A stretch of DNA of 64,000 nucleotides, from assembly GCA_037139335.1 (NCBI GenBank), contig JBAXGO010000002.1, forward strand, positions 851-64,850. The letters run 5' to 3'. The notes beneath the pieces were generated by a model. It did no database searches and had not been told where the DNA came from. It saw only the letters and a program-made list of their open reading frames with translations. Below, piece after piece: positions 37,442 through 48,126 of this stretch. The DNA comes from a bacterium (GTDB lineage Bacteria > Patescibacteriota > Dojkabacteria > JAOAGR01 > JBAXGO01). The position numbers and the translations under genes are program-made. Position 1 is the stretch's first letter. Every line of letters starts with the position of its first letter.

Positions 37442-40126
37442 TCAATTCCATAAATTAATCATTTTTGCAGAATAGAAGGCTGTCGTAAACCAAGCCCAAT
37501 TTTGAGAATAATAGTCATTTTCATTACCCCAATATTTTTCATCAATTAAACTTGAAGCAAATCTATTTTCATAAATATTTCTAGCTATTTCTTTATTGTC
37601 AAAATATGTAGAAAATAATGCACCGCTCTCTGTACTCAAACTACTATAGTCAACATATTTATCTCCATTCAATTTATAAACAGCATATAGTTTTTTATCT
37701 TTTTCAATTGTGTTTTTATAAAAAGAAGAAATCTTTTGTAAATATATTTTTGCATTTGAGTTTTCATACCATTGCGCATCCCACGATAATCGTATGTTTA
37801 AGCGAAATGCGTCAAATCCATAAACATCACTTTTGTTATCATCAGCTTTTAAATAGTTTTCGTTAGTTGTGACGATAAACCAGTCTGGTAATAAATATGT
37901 ATTATTATCAAAAGTGTGTAAGGAAACTACTTTATTAATAATCGTATAAACGTCATCAGCAAGTTGATTCCATGGATGTTCTTTATCAATATTAGAAAAT
38001 ATTCTATATGATGCAGGTGAGAAATATGAAGGATTTATTAAATAATTTCCATTAATTTCTGAATTGGCTCTCGATGTCATGTAATACGTTCCATTAATTT
38101 GTACTGCTTCCTTAGTCCAAATGTCATTTATTATATTTTTCGCTAAGCTATAATACCTTTGATCTCCCCATTTTTTATATGCGAATAAAAGACTTAATGC
38201 TATGTCTTCATCAGAATCTGATGCTGATGAAGTATCAAGTATATTCAAATTTCCTAAATTATCAGTACCATAAACCCATGAAAATAAATTCTCCTCTTTT
38301 CTTTTTAAATTATTTAGAGACCATCGTAAAACCAAATCAAAATATTCTTTATCATTCATATAGACAGACCTTAATAGAGAATAGGCTTGCCCTTCTGATG
38401 TAGTTCTATTATTTTGCTCTGGATCTATTGTTCTGCCTTCAGACAAAATAAATTTTCCTTTATACCAATTCCATGTAGAGTTCAAAATATTGCTTTTATT
38501 ATTTACCGCCCTTATTTCTACAGGATAATCTTGACCTGATAAGTTATTTTCTTCAAATTTTTTTATAATTATTGAATTCTCATAAGCACTTTGTACAATT
38601 GGCATTTTTTCTTTCATTACAGTATCGTGAAATGCCGGTGTAACAATCAAATAGTCTATATTTTGCCAATCATTTTTCAATACTACATTTTTAATTTCGG
38701 GATCATTATCAACCTTCCAATAATATTGAGCTTTCACTTCCTGTATATCTTTTGTAGATTTATTGAGATCCAAAAATGCATAATTATCAATAACAATTAT
38801 TGATTTTTCATCTATATTATTTTTCACCCATTCTATCGCACTATTTTGATTATTTGTTTGTGCTAAAGTAAAAATATCTTTTGAGACTATCAATTCGAAA
38901 CAGAATACTGATAATAAAAAAGTTATAAATACAAATTTGAATATATAAGGAAAAAAAATTTTTTTATTTATAATAAATTTGATAAATTCAGAATAAAACA
39001 AACCAATATTTATAGCACTTAAAGGTATTATTGGTAACATATACCAATCTAATGTTTGTGCATAAAGTAAATATCCTATATATATTATTGAAAGAAAACT
39101 AAAGAATAATAAATATTTTTTTCTGAATATTATGTTTAATATTGTTATTACTGGTATTAAGATAATAAGATATGGATCAAATTTTAACCATGTATTCCAT
39201 AAAGATAATTCAAATGTACTATCTGTCGATAAGAAAAAGCTCCCATTCCTAGATGATTGAAAGGTAAAAGCTTCTAATAAACTTACATGAGGTGCATTAC
39301 CTCCAAAGATAGTTCCAGAAGGAAATAATTCACCACGTAAAAAAGCAAATACTGGATATAGTGATATTAGAAATAATGAAACTCCGCCCCAAATAAACGC
39401 ATTATATTTTTTATTTATTTTATCTGAATTAATTATGACAAAGATTAAAATTATAGGAAAAAATATTATTGCAGATTCTTTTGATAACACGGCAGCACCA
39501 AATAATATTGACGAATACGCCATATTTTTTATTGATGATTTATGAATCAAAAAATATAAGGATGCTATTAAAAAACAAACCATGATGTTATCAAGAAAAA
39601 CTCTTCTTTGTAGAATTATTCCAAGAGGTGATAATGTAAAAACAAGTGAAGCTAACACGGCGGCATCTAATCTTTTTGTAATTTTTTTTACAATTTTAAA
39701 AAGAAAATATATAGTTATAATGTGAAGAATTAGCATCAAGACCCGTCCAGAATTTATTGAAGTACCAAACGCATAAAAACTTCCTAAAATGATATTCCAA
39801 AATCCTATTACTAACCAACCAAAAGGTGAGTGATCATACCAATATGTATATGGTGCCAATTTACCATCGCTAACTACTGACCATGCTTGAGACATGTATG
39901 TTCCTTCATCTTCCCTATATGACGGATATCCAAACATATTTGCACCATGAACAATAACAGCAATTATTATTACGAAAATTAAAATAATTGAACTTTTATG
40001 TATATTTAAATATTTGAAAATGTTGGCTAATAAATCTTTTTTTTGTATGAAAGCTTTTGAAGATAATATAATTTTATTTACTCTTTGTAGAAGTAAATGA
40101 AATTTTTGTTTTAATAATTTATTCAT
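37442..40126 (-). CDS. Fusion of GT-C (PMT_2-like) glycosyltransferase and GH8 glycoside hydrolase
   Basis: EDEGTY..WYDHSP, about 11 TM; C-terminal TTSEGQAYSLL, SASDSDEDIA, NPSYF, YGFDAFR, YYSQNWAWF. Confidence 0.85.
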   Translation of the reverse strand: MNKLLKQKFHLLLQRVNKIILSSKAFIQKKDLLANIFKYLNIHKSSIILIFVIIIAVIVHGANMFGYPSYREDEGTYMSQAWSVVSDGKLAPYTYWYDHSPFGWLVIGFWNIILGSFYAFGTSINSGRVLMLILHIITIYFLFKIVKKITKRLDAAVLASLVFTLSPLGIILQRRVFLDNIMVCFLIASLYFLIHKSSIKNMAYSSILFGAAVLSKESAIIFFPIILIFVIINSDKINKKYNAFIWGGVSLFLISLYPVFAFLRGELFPSGTIFGGNAPHVSLLEAFTFQSSRNGSFFLSTDSTFELSLWNTWLKFDPYLIILIPVITILNIIFRKKYLLFFSFLSIIYIGYLLYAQTLDWYMLPIIPLSAINIGLFYSEFIKFIINKKIFFPYIFKFVFITFLLSVFCFELIVSKDIFTLAQTNNQNSAIEWVKNNIDEKSIIVIDNYAFLDLNKSTKDIQEVKAQYYWKVDNDPEIKNVVLKNDWQNIDYLIVTPAFHDTVMKEKMPIVQSAYENSIIIKKFEENNLSGQDYPVEIRAVNNKSNILNSTWNWYKGKFILSEGRTIDPEQNNRTTSEGQAYSLLRSVYMNDKEYFDLVLRWSLNNLKRKEENLFSWVYGTDNLGNLNILDTSSASDSDEDIALSLLFAYKKWGDQRYYSLAKNIINDIWTKEAVQINGTYYMTSRANSEINGNYLINPSYFSPASYRIFSNIDKEHPWNQLADDVYTIINKVVSLHTFDNNTYLLPDWFIVTTNENYLKADDNKSDVYGFDAFRLNIRLSWDAQWYENSNAKIYLQKISSFYKNTIEKDKKLYAVYKLNGDKYVDYSSLSTESGALFSTYFDNKEIARNIYENRFASSLIDEKYWGNENDYYSQNWAWFTTAFYSAKMINLWN

Positions 40127-40127
40127 A

Positions 40128-41522
40128 CTATTTTTGCAACTCAGATAAAGGTATATTCATCTCATCTATTTCGTGCTGTCTGTGTGCATTAGTATGTTTT
40201 GTTTTTTCCCAACTGTTATTTTTTTTCAAATTTCTAAATATAGCTCTCATAGCACAGTAACTCAAAATTACTTGATAAGGAAAAAAAGTTAAAACTATAT
40301 TGAGAGGAACAAATATCGAATACTTAATTTTATACTGAGTTGTAAATTCATAAAGTCCTATATTATAGATTGCAATTTGTATAATTAAAATATACAAAGG
40401 TAGGATGGAAATTAATGCGATTGTTAGCGGAATTTTGACCATTATTATCATAAAAATAGAAAAGGGAATATAAACTAAAAAGAGTGCTTGAGCACGAGAA
40501 ATAGTTAATATATACAGTGCTAATATTTTATGAGTAAAGCTTGGTAATTTTTTCCATTCTTTTTTGTTTAAAACTTGTATGAAACCCTGTATCCAGCGTG
40601 TCCTTTGTTTTATAAATTGTTGTAAATCTGGAGGAGTTTCTTCTCTGGTTGCATGTTCTTCATCATATATTACATTTATCTTAGCCCCAATTTGACTTAA
40701 TCTAATACCAATATCCGCATCTTCTGCAAGACATTTAGGATCCCAGCCTCCTACTTTTTTTAATGTTTCTCTTTTAAAAAAAATTGTATTTCCCCCTAGG
40801 GGTATGACACCTTGATTTGCAAAAAATGGTAGCGACGATTTAAACCAAAAATAATATTCCAATACATTGAATACAGAAAACCAATTTGATTTATAGTTCA
40901 TTAACTGAACACCCGACTGAACTACATCTGATTTTTTTTGAATCATAACTGTATTTATAATTTCATATAGCTTTTTGTGAGGTTCATCTTCAGCATCAAA
41001 AACAGCTATAACATCATTTTTCGCATATTGAAGCGCATAGTTGAGAGCATGTGGTTTATTAATAGGTGGTTCAGAATAAATATGAAGACTTATATTTCTT
41101 TTCCCAATTTCTTTTATAACATCATTCACTTTATGAATTGTTCCTTTATCATCATCGGAACAAATGACGATAATCTCTTTCATATGCTCGGGATATACCA
41201 TATTTGAGACTGCAAGAATTGTATCTCTGATTACTACTTCTTCATGTCTTACAGGAATTAAAGCTGTGAAAGTTAATAAAGGCGAAATAATTTTTTTGGG
41301 AGATTTAAATCGCTTCATTTTTTTTGGACTATCCCAAGCATAGAGCATTAAAAAAATAGCAAATATTCCTTGAACTGTTAACAATAATGATACAATTAAT
41401 ACACAAATAACCAGCAAAGAATTTAACCTATTTCCCAGATTCTTATAAAGTAAGAGAGAAGTTACGATAATTATAAAACTAATTATTAATGTTGAAATAA
41501 CTTTCTTAAATCTTTTATTCAT
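40128..41522 (-). CDS. Processive GT2 polysaccharide synthase-like glycosyltransferase
   Basis: NKPHALN, FDAED, AEDAD, QRTRW; TM helices on both sides. Confidence 0.9.
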   Translation of the reverse strand: MNKRFKKVISTLIISFIIIVTSLLLYKNLGNRLNSLLVICVLIVSLLLTVQGIFAIFLMLYAWDSPKKMKRFKSPKKIISPLLTFTALIPVRHEEVVIRDTILAVSNMVYPEHMKEIIVICSDDDKGTIHKVNDVIKEIGKRNISLHIYSEPPINKPHALNYALQYAKNDVIAVFDAEDEPHKKLYEIINTVMIQKKSDVVQSGVQLMNYKSNWFSVFNVLEYYFWFKSSLPFFANQGVIPLGGNTIFFKRETLKKVGGWDPKCLAEDADIGIRLSQIGAKINVIYDEEHATREETPPDLQQFIKQRTRWIQGFIQVLNKKEWKKLPSFTHKILALYILTISRAQALFLVYIPFSIFMIIMVKIPLTIALISILPLYILIIQIAIYNIGLYEFTTQYKIKYSIFVPLNIVLTFFPYQVILSYCAMRAIFRNLKKNNSWEKTKHTNAHRQHEIDEMNIPLSELQK

Positions 41523-41535
41523 TTAATTGAAATAT

Positions 41536-42087
41536 TTAATTTATTTTTCGATTGTTTTTTTTAGTATTATTAAAACTTTTATTGTCTTTATTATCATTAT
41601 TTCCAAAATTCTTTTGGTTATTTAATGATGATTCATTATTTTGAATATTTTTAGATTTAGTAGTATTGACATCAGTTACAGGATTAAAAACAGTTTGTTT
41701 ATTAATACTAACTTTTTCTGCTTTTATGTTGATTTCATTTTGAACGTCAAACTGTGTTTTTATTTCATTTAAAATTTGTTTTTTTTGCAAATCGTTAATT
41801 TGACTAATAGTCGTTGAATATTTATCTATATATGATGTTTTTTCTGATGCTTTGATATTTGATATTAAAAATAATCTAGAGAAAGAGCCAATAAATAAAA
41901 TTGCTAAAAGTATTAATAATGAATTACGAATGAATTTACGATTAATATAATTTACAACAATATAAACTATGAATGTAAATAACAAGATAAAACCATACTC
42001 TCTTATGATTAGTAATAATAATATGAAACCAGTGGTAAATAAAATGTATGGATGCTTTAATGTATTTATTAAACTATTCATTGGCAA
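41536..42087 (-). CDS. Hypothetical membrane protein with N/K-rich tail
   Basis: 2-3 TM helices then low-complexity sequence; first gene of the GT2/GT-C-GH8 operon. Confidence 0.55.
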   Translation of the reverse strand: MPMNSLINTLKHPYILFTTGFILLLLIIREYGFILLFTFIVYIVVNYINRKFIRNSLLILLAILFIGSFSRLFLISNIKASEKTSYIDKYSTTISQINDLQKKQILNEIKTQFDVQNEINIKAEKVSINKQTVFNPVTDVNTTKSKNIQNNESSLNNQKNFGNNDNKDNKSFNNTKKNNRKIN

Positions 42088-42363
42088 TTAGTTTAGATTT
42101 ATTTTTTGGAGGTTTGTATATCCGAGGTATGGATTCTATAGTTATTATATACAAATGAATAAATTATATAAATACATAAATATTATTTAGTTAATTCATG
42201 TATTTTTGCATCTTTGTTTAATTTATTTGTTCGTTGTGTTTTTTTCTTGTGCACTAAATGGCTACAACAACATTATTACACTATCAAAGACAGTTATATA
42301 TCTATTTTTCTCTTGACATTATTCCTACACAGTTAGATTATAATGTTAATAAATAATAATATT

Positions 42364-43653
42364 ATGTCTGTAATCTCAAATTTACATGCCAGAGAAATAC
42401 TTGATTCAAGAGGAAATCCTACTGTTGAAGTAGATTTAGTAATTGATAATAAATTTTTGGGGAGAGCTTCAGTTCCATCAGGAGCATCTACCGGATCATA
42501 CGAAGCTATCGAATTAAGAGATGAGGAAAATAGATATGGAGGTAAAGGTGTTTTGAAAGCTATTAATAATGTAAATGATATTATTAATAAAAATTTATCA
42601 AATAAGAATTTTGACCAAAATTTATTAGATACATACTTAATCAATCTGGACGGAACTGAAAATAAGTCGAATCTTGGAGCTAATGCAATCTTAGGTGTCT
42701 CAATGGCTTTCGCGAAAGCACAGGCTTTATGTCAAAATATTCCTCTGTATCAATATTTTAATAATATAGGTGGTAGAAATTCTGTAATGAGAATTCCAGT
42801 TCCAATGATGAATATTTTGAATGGTGGTAAACATGCTGAAAATTCTACAGATTTGCAAGAATTTATGATAATGCCAATTGGTGCGCCTACTTTTAAAGAA
42901 GGATTACGATATGGTGCAGAAATTTTTCATAATTTAAAAAAACTTTTAAACGATAGAGGATTAAGTACAGGCGTTGGTGATGAGGGAGGATTTGCACCAT
43001 CCTTGGGAAAAAACTCAATGGCTATAGATGTAATTTTGGAAGCAATAGATAGATCTGGCTATGTTGCTGGAAAAGATATTTTTATCGCAATAGATGGAGC
43101 TGCATCAGAATTTTATGAAGACGGAAAATATAATTTAAAGTCAGAAAGTAAATTTTTAAACTCTGATGAGTTAATTGAATTTTATATTGATTGGGCGAAC
43201 AGATATCCTATAGTATCTATGGAGGATGTTTTTGACGAAGACGACTGGTCTAGCTTTCAAAAACTAACTGAAAGAATTGGTGATAAAGTTCAGATAGTAG
43301 GAGACGATTTATTTGTAACAAATGTAAAACGATTAGAAAGAGGTATTAGAGAAAGAGCTGCAAATTCAATATTAATAAAGGTAAATCAAATAGGTACAAT
43401 ATCTGAGAGTATTAATGCTATTAATATGGCTACTGATGCTGGTTTCACGAGCATTGTTTCTCACAGATCTGGTGAAACGGAAGATACTACAATTTCGGAT
43501 TTAGTCGTTGGACTAGGTACTGGACAGATAAAAACAGGATCATTAAGTAGAAGTGAACGAATTGCAAAATATAATCAATTATTAAGAATTGAAGAAGAGT
43601 TAGGGAATAAGGTAGAATACGCAGGTATTAATGCATTAAAGACTAACAAATGA
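42364..43653 (+). CDS. eno: Enolase
   Basis: [49 protein letters not shown]. Confidence 0.98.
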   Translation: MSVISNLHAREILDSRGNPTVEVDLVIDNKFLGRASVPSGASTGSYEAIELRDEENRYGGKGVLKAINNVNDIINKNLSNKNFDQNLLDTYLINLDGTENKSNLGANAILGVSMAFAKAQALCQNIPLYQYFNNIGGRNSVMRIPVPMMNILNGGKHAENSTDLQEFMIMPIGAPTFKEGLRYGAEIFHNLKKLLNDRGLSTGVGDEGGFAPSLGKNSMAIDVILEAIDRSGYVAGKDIFIAIDGAASEFYEDGKYNLKSESKFLNSDELIEFYIDWANRYPIVSMEDVFDEDDWSSFQKLTERIGDKVQIVGDDLFVTNVKRLERGIRERAANSILIKVNQIGTISESINAINMATDAGFTSIVSHRSGETEDTTISDLVVGLGTGQIKTGSLSRSERIAKYNQLLRIEEELGNKVEYAGINALKTNK

Positions 43654-44114
43654 TAAACGCGATTTTATTGGATATAGCTAGATTAATTGTATTTTCAAAA
43701 AGTGATGCAATAGTTGGTAGCTTAAATAGTTTTTACCAAGAACATTCTAAAGATACTAACTTTGACTTCTTCAATTACTATAGGGTAAACGACGAACTTC
43801 TGAATTATTTAGAAAGGTTAAAAAATAAATATGAAATATTTGGCTTTACCAAAGGTATAATTCATTCTGTGCCTGAGATTAAAAATAAAATAGATAATAT
43901 ATTTGATGAAATATATACGGTAAATGAAATTGGGTTTGAAAAAGATCTTCCGAATAGTTATTTGAATGTATGTTCATTTATTCAGATAGAGCCCGAAGAA
44001 GTTATTTTTATTGATGATATTGAAAAAAATTTAGAAGCTGCAAAAGTAGCTGGATTAAATATTTATAAATATACAACTAACGAAGACTTATTTAATAAAT
44101 TAGGAACTTTGTAA
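43650..44114 (+). CDS. HAD-superfamily hydrolase-like protein with degenerate motif I
   Basis: AILLDIARL (no DxD), [17 protein letters not shown]. Confidence 0.7.
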   Translation: MINAILLDIARLIVFSKSDAIVGSLNSFYQEHSKDTNFDFFNYYRVNDELLNYLERLKNKYEIFGFTKGIIHSVPEIKNKIDNIFDEIYTVNEIGFEKDLPNSYLNVCSFIQIEPEEVIFIDDIEKNLEAAKVAGLNIYKYTTNEDLFNKLGTL

Positions 44115-44163
44115 TATTTTAACATTAAAAAGTAAATTAAACTTAAAGTAAATTTTTATAAAT

Positions 44164-44679
44164 ATGTCTAACGAAAAAGATTACGCAAAAAATATTGAAT
44201 TATCATCAGTAATATTTATATATTGTAAAAATAAATATTTGTTTTTAAAAAGAGCGTCACATAAAAGAATTGACCCGAACAAATTAAACGGAGTAGGAGG
44301 TCGATTAGAAGAAGGTGAAAATTTTTTACAAGGGGCTATTAGGGAAACCGAAGAAGAAACTGGATATGTGATTACACCTGAGAATATCTTTTTTTCTGGA
44401 ATAATAGAATTAAACGGAGGCTATGAACATAACCACATAATAGGACTTTTCAAAGCAGAAGTCTTTGATTTCGACATTCCAAAGAAAGACACAACCGACG
44501 ATGGTGAACTTATATGGATAGATAAAGAAGAAATAATGAATTTCGAAAATGAAATTGTAGATGATGTCAAATATTACTTTAAAGACATCATGGAAGGTAA
44601 TATCATCAATTTCGTAAATGCCAAATTAGATGACAATCAGAAAGTATATGAGATTACGATGGATAAATTAACGGTATAA
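44164..44679 (+). CDS. NUDIX hydrolase
   Basis: Nudix box GGRLEEGENFLQGAIRETEEETG. Confidence 0.92.
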   Translation: MSNEKDYAKNIELSSVIFIYCKNKYLFLKRASHKRIDPNKLNGVGGRLEEGENFLQGAIRETEEETGYVITPENIFFSGIIELNGGYEHNHIIGLFKAEVFDFDIPKKDTTDDGELIWIDKEEIMNFENEIVDDVKYYFKDIMEGNIINFVNAKLDDNQKVYEITMDKLTV

Positions 44680-44700
44680 TGCCATAAATAGAATATTAAA

Positions 44701-45285
44701 ATGATAGTAGATCAAGAGGAATATACAAAAAAGACATTCTCAGAAGAAGATTTTGCTGAACAAGAAATAAGATCAATAACTTTTGAAGGATGTACATTCA
44801 AAAGCTGCAACTTCACAGATACAAATCTATCAGCAAGCAAATTTACTTCATGCTCTTTTAATAATTGCAACTTCAGTATGACGAGAATGGACAACGTCAG
44901 ATTCCAAAGAATTAAATTTGAAAAATGTAAAATACTTGGAGTAAACTTCTGTCTATGCGATACACATTTAGCTTTTACTGATTTAGAATTTTTGAAATGT
45001 AATATCAACATGTCATATTTTTCAGACATGGCATGCAAAGGATTCAAATTCAGCGAGAGTAATATACTTGACACAGATTTTACAAAATCCATATTAATAT
45101 CAGCAGATTTTACAGGATGTAATCTAAGTAAAAGTATATTCAAAGGATCAGATCTCAGCAAAGCCGATTTCACGAATGCAAAAAACTACTCAATAGATCC
45201 AACAATCAACAATATCAAAAAAACTAAATTCTCCATGCCGGAAGTAATGACACTAATTAACTTTTTCGATATTTTAATAGAGTAA
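44701..45285 (+). CDS. Pentapeptide repeat protein (MfpA/Qnr-like fold)
   Basis: Repeated CTFKS CNFTD TNLSA SKFTS CSFNN CNFSM...ADFTG CNLSK. Confidence 0.9.
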   Translation: MIVDQEEYTKKTFSEEDFAEQEIRSITFEGCTFKSCNFTDTNLSASKFTSCSFNNCNFSMTRMDNVRFQRIKFEKCKILGVNFCLCDTHLAFTDLEFLKCNINMSYFSDMACKGFKFSESNILDTDFTKSILISADFTGCNLSKSIFKGSDLSKADFTNAKNYSIDPTINNIKKTKFSMPEVMTLINFFDILIE

Positions 45286-45795
45286 AATAATTAACTTACT
45301 AGTTTCGAGTTCTAAAGGTTCTGTAGATATTGCAATAGGGGTTTTAAGAGGTCCTTTATTAACAGGACAATATTCATGAACCGTAGTCCCAGAAAATAAG
45401 ATTTTTTGTCTTCTTGCAGCTAATCTTTGCATTTCTCTTAATTGCCGTTGATCTTCATAGCTTCCTATTTCACTAAATTCTATTTTATGTATTTCTGAAG
45501 AATCATCGTCCATCCAAACAAATGGTGCAAAGTCATATTTCATTGAAGAATCAAATTTTGGACCTCCATCACGATAATCTTCAATATTTTGAAGTGTAGT
45601 TAATTCGGGGTCAGGAGATAAATTATTCAAATTATTTGTATTTCCAGATAATAAACGTAGCAATGCACTTGAGCCAGCGTTATGTAATTGAATCATCTTA
45701 GTAAAATCTTCTCGACCTCGCCTATCATACGTTTTCAATACTTTAAAAGCTTCATTAAATGTATGAACTAAAAAAGATTCAGGTGCAGTTTTCAT
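45274..45795 (-). CDS. Hypothetical protein
   Basis: 173-aa ORF with protein-like composition; no motif recognised. Confidence 0.55.
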   Translation of the reverse strand: MKTAPESFLVHTFNEAFKVLKTYDRRGREDFTKMIQLHNAGSSALLRLLSGNTNNLNNLSPDPELTTLQNIEDYRDGGPKFDSSMKYDFAPFVWMDDDSSEIHKIEFSEIGSYEDQRQLREMQRLAARRQKILFSGTTVHEYCPVNKGPLKTPIAISTEPLELETSKLIILLY

Positions 45796-46167
45796 AAAAT
45801 TATAAAATTAATAAATTTTTGAATATATCAAAGATATCACTATACGTGTAACGACGGGTTAAAGCAAATATTTCACTTTTGTACACGACTTGGTTTTTGT
45901 TAATGGTATCAGGCACTCTTGTCATTTCCATATATTATTTTTTGAACATTCACATTTTTTCATCATTGTTTTTTTTAATTTATTAAAAATATTTCTTGTT
46001 CAATTATCTCGACAATTATTATTTACGTTGTAGAAGAAAAGTGGTTACATTTTTTGATTTATAAAAATTTATGTAAAGTAGTGCTCAAATAGTAGACACA
46101 TTAATCATAGTATATATAATGAGGTATTTTATTTGCGAATCTATTACTCGATAGCAAGAGTTATTTT

Positions 46168-47895
46168 ATGAATTATTATACATATACAATCAAGCTTATC
46201 TTTGGATATATAAGTAAATACCCATCTTTTTGGTTTTGGATATTTTGCAGAATTGTATATGTAGTTATGATAATTTCGGCTCCGGTATTATTAGGTACAA
46301 TTATAAATATTTTAGCAAATAATTCTAATTCAATAAGTGATCTACAATGGCCATTAATTGCATACATTATTTTAACAGTCTCTATCCCAATAATTGACAT
46401 TTATACAATTTTCAAAGGATGGGTAATAGGTTTCAAGATAGCTAATGATTTCAGACAAGATCTTGTACATAAATTAAGATTTGCTGGATTAGATTATTGG
46501 CAAGACCAAAAAAAAGGGAATGTATTACGAATAATTGATAAATCATACGAAAGTATGAGTCACATATGCGGTCTAATGATTCATGCATATCTGCCAATGG
46601 TAGGAAAATTAATTGGTATTCTAGTAGTTAGCGCATTTATTACTCCATTCACACTACTTATTTTTGCTTTAGATATTTTAATTTTTGCACTTAATTTAAT
46701 TTATCTATCAAAAAAACAAAGTAAGGCTGGTGTTATAGAAAATATTTCTCAAGAAAATGTGAACGGCAGTATCAATGAATATATTCAAAATTATAAAACA
46801 GTAGTTTATCTCAATATGTATGATAAACAAGAAACTGAGATTTTGAAAAAAAATAATATGTCATTTAAGAAATATTATATTAGAGAAAAATTATCAATGT
46901 GGAAATGGTTTAATAACAATATGATCCATAGCATAGCATTAGGAATAATTCTGATATATGGAATTACACAAGTATTTGATGGAAATTTAACCATAGGAGC
47001 TCTTACAACATTAATGCTTTTTAGTTCTTCATTTTCTGAAAGTTTAAGTAACATTGTGTGGAATTCTCAAGAATTTATTAAATATGTCAATTATATTCAA
47101 AGATATCATGAAGTATTTTCTAATATTAATAATAACAAAAGAATTACAAATGATAATGAAAAAATAATTTTTTTCCATTCATTAATTTCTAAAAATTTAT
47201 CTTATGAACGAAAGGGATATGACGCCCTCTCAAATATAGATTTCAATATTAAAAGTGGTGAGAAAGTAGCAATTGTTGGTTATACAGGCAGTGGTAAATC
47301 CACCATGTTGGATATTTTATTAAAAGTGATTACAAAATACAAAGGCGATATCTTCATTAATGACATAAATTATAATGATCTTGACGTAGATAATATTACT
47401 GGGATTTTTAGCATCGTTCCTCAAGATGTACAGTTATTCAGAGATAGTATAAAAAATAATATATTTATATCAGGTATAAATATTGAAGAAAACCATGATA
47501 ATTTAATTAAAATATCATGCCTAGAGCCATTAATAAAAAGATTAAAAAAGGGCATTGACAGTCGAATTACAGAAGGTTCAATAAATGTATCAGGTGGAGA
47601 AAGACAACGCATTGGTATAGCTAGGGCTTTGGCTCAAAATAGACCAGTCTTAATTCTAGATGAAGCTACAGCAAGCTTAGATCCTAAGACAGAAAGAGCG
47701 GTTATTACAAATATTATAGATTCTTATCCAAATATTACACTAATTTATGTCACACATAAATATTTTTTATTAAATTATTTTGATCATATTCTAGTACTAA
47801 ATGAAGGAAAAATAGTGGAGCAGGGGAGTTTCGAGGAATTAAAGCAAAGGGGTGGATTATTTTTAGATTTATACACAGCTAGTAAAACGGAATGA
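46168..47895 (+). CDS. ABC exporter, fused TMD plus NBD (MsbA/MdlB-like)
   Basis: About 6 TM, GYTGSGKS, VSGGERQR, ILDEAT, VTH. Confidence 0.92.
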   Translation: MNYYTYTIKLIFGYISKYPSFWFWIFCRIVYVVMIISAPVLLGTIINILANNSNSISDLQWPLIAYIILTVSIPIIDIYTIFKGWVIGFKIANDFRQDLVHKLRFAGLDYWQDQKKGNVLRIIDKSYESMSHICGLMIHAYLPMVGKLIGILVVSAFITPFTLLIFALDILIFALNLIYLSKKQSKAGVIENISQENVNGSINEYIQNYKTVVYLNMYDKQETEILKKNNMSFKKYYIREKLSMWKWFNNNMIHSIALGIILIYGITQVFDGNLTIGALTTLMLFSSSFSESLSNIVWNSQEFIKYVNYIQRYHEVFSNINNNKRITNDNEKIIFFHSLISKNLSYERKGYDALSNIDFNIKSGEKVAIVGYTGSGKSTMLDILLKVITKYKGDIFINDINYNDLDVDNITGIFSIVPQDVQLFRDSIKNNIFISGINIEENHDNLIKISCLEPLIKRLKKGIDSRITEGSINVSGGERQRIGIARALAQNRPVLILDEATASLDPKTERAVITNIIDSYPNITLIYVTHKYFLLNYFDHILVLNEGKIVEQGSFEELKQRGGLFLDLYTASKTE

Positions 47896-48126
47896 AAAAT
47901 TTTTTAATAACAAGGGGACTTTTCTTTTTTGCATCAATAATTTCGTCAATGTTTTTTAGTTTTATATATTTCAAAATTCTAATAATCCCAAAACAGCTTT
48001 TATCTATAATTTAATTATTTGCATACTACTACCATTTTTCGCAGCCTTAGGTGCATATTTAGTACAGATTATGCCGAACTGTCATACCGCTGAGTGGCAT
48101 GATATATAAGTAATTATTTATAAAAC

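Noticed and set aside
44712-45173. 153-aa antisense ORF over the pentapeptide gene
   Set aside because: Shadow of a repetitive gene
47900-48110. Hairpin and broken reading frames between the ABC and uvrA-like genes
   Set aside because: Probably a terminator plus decayed sequence; no consistent frame
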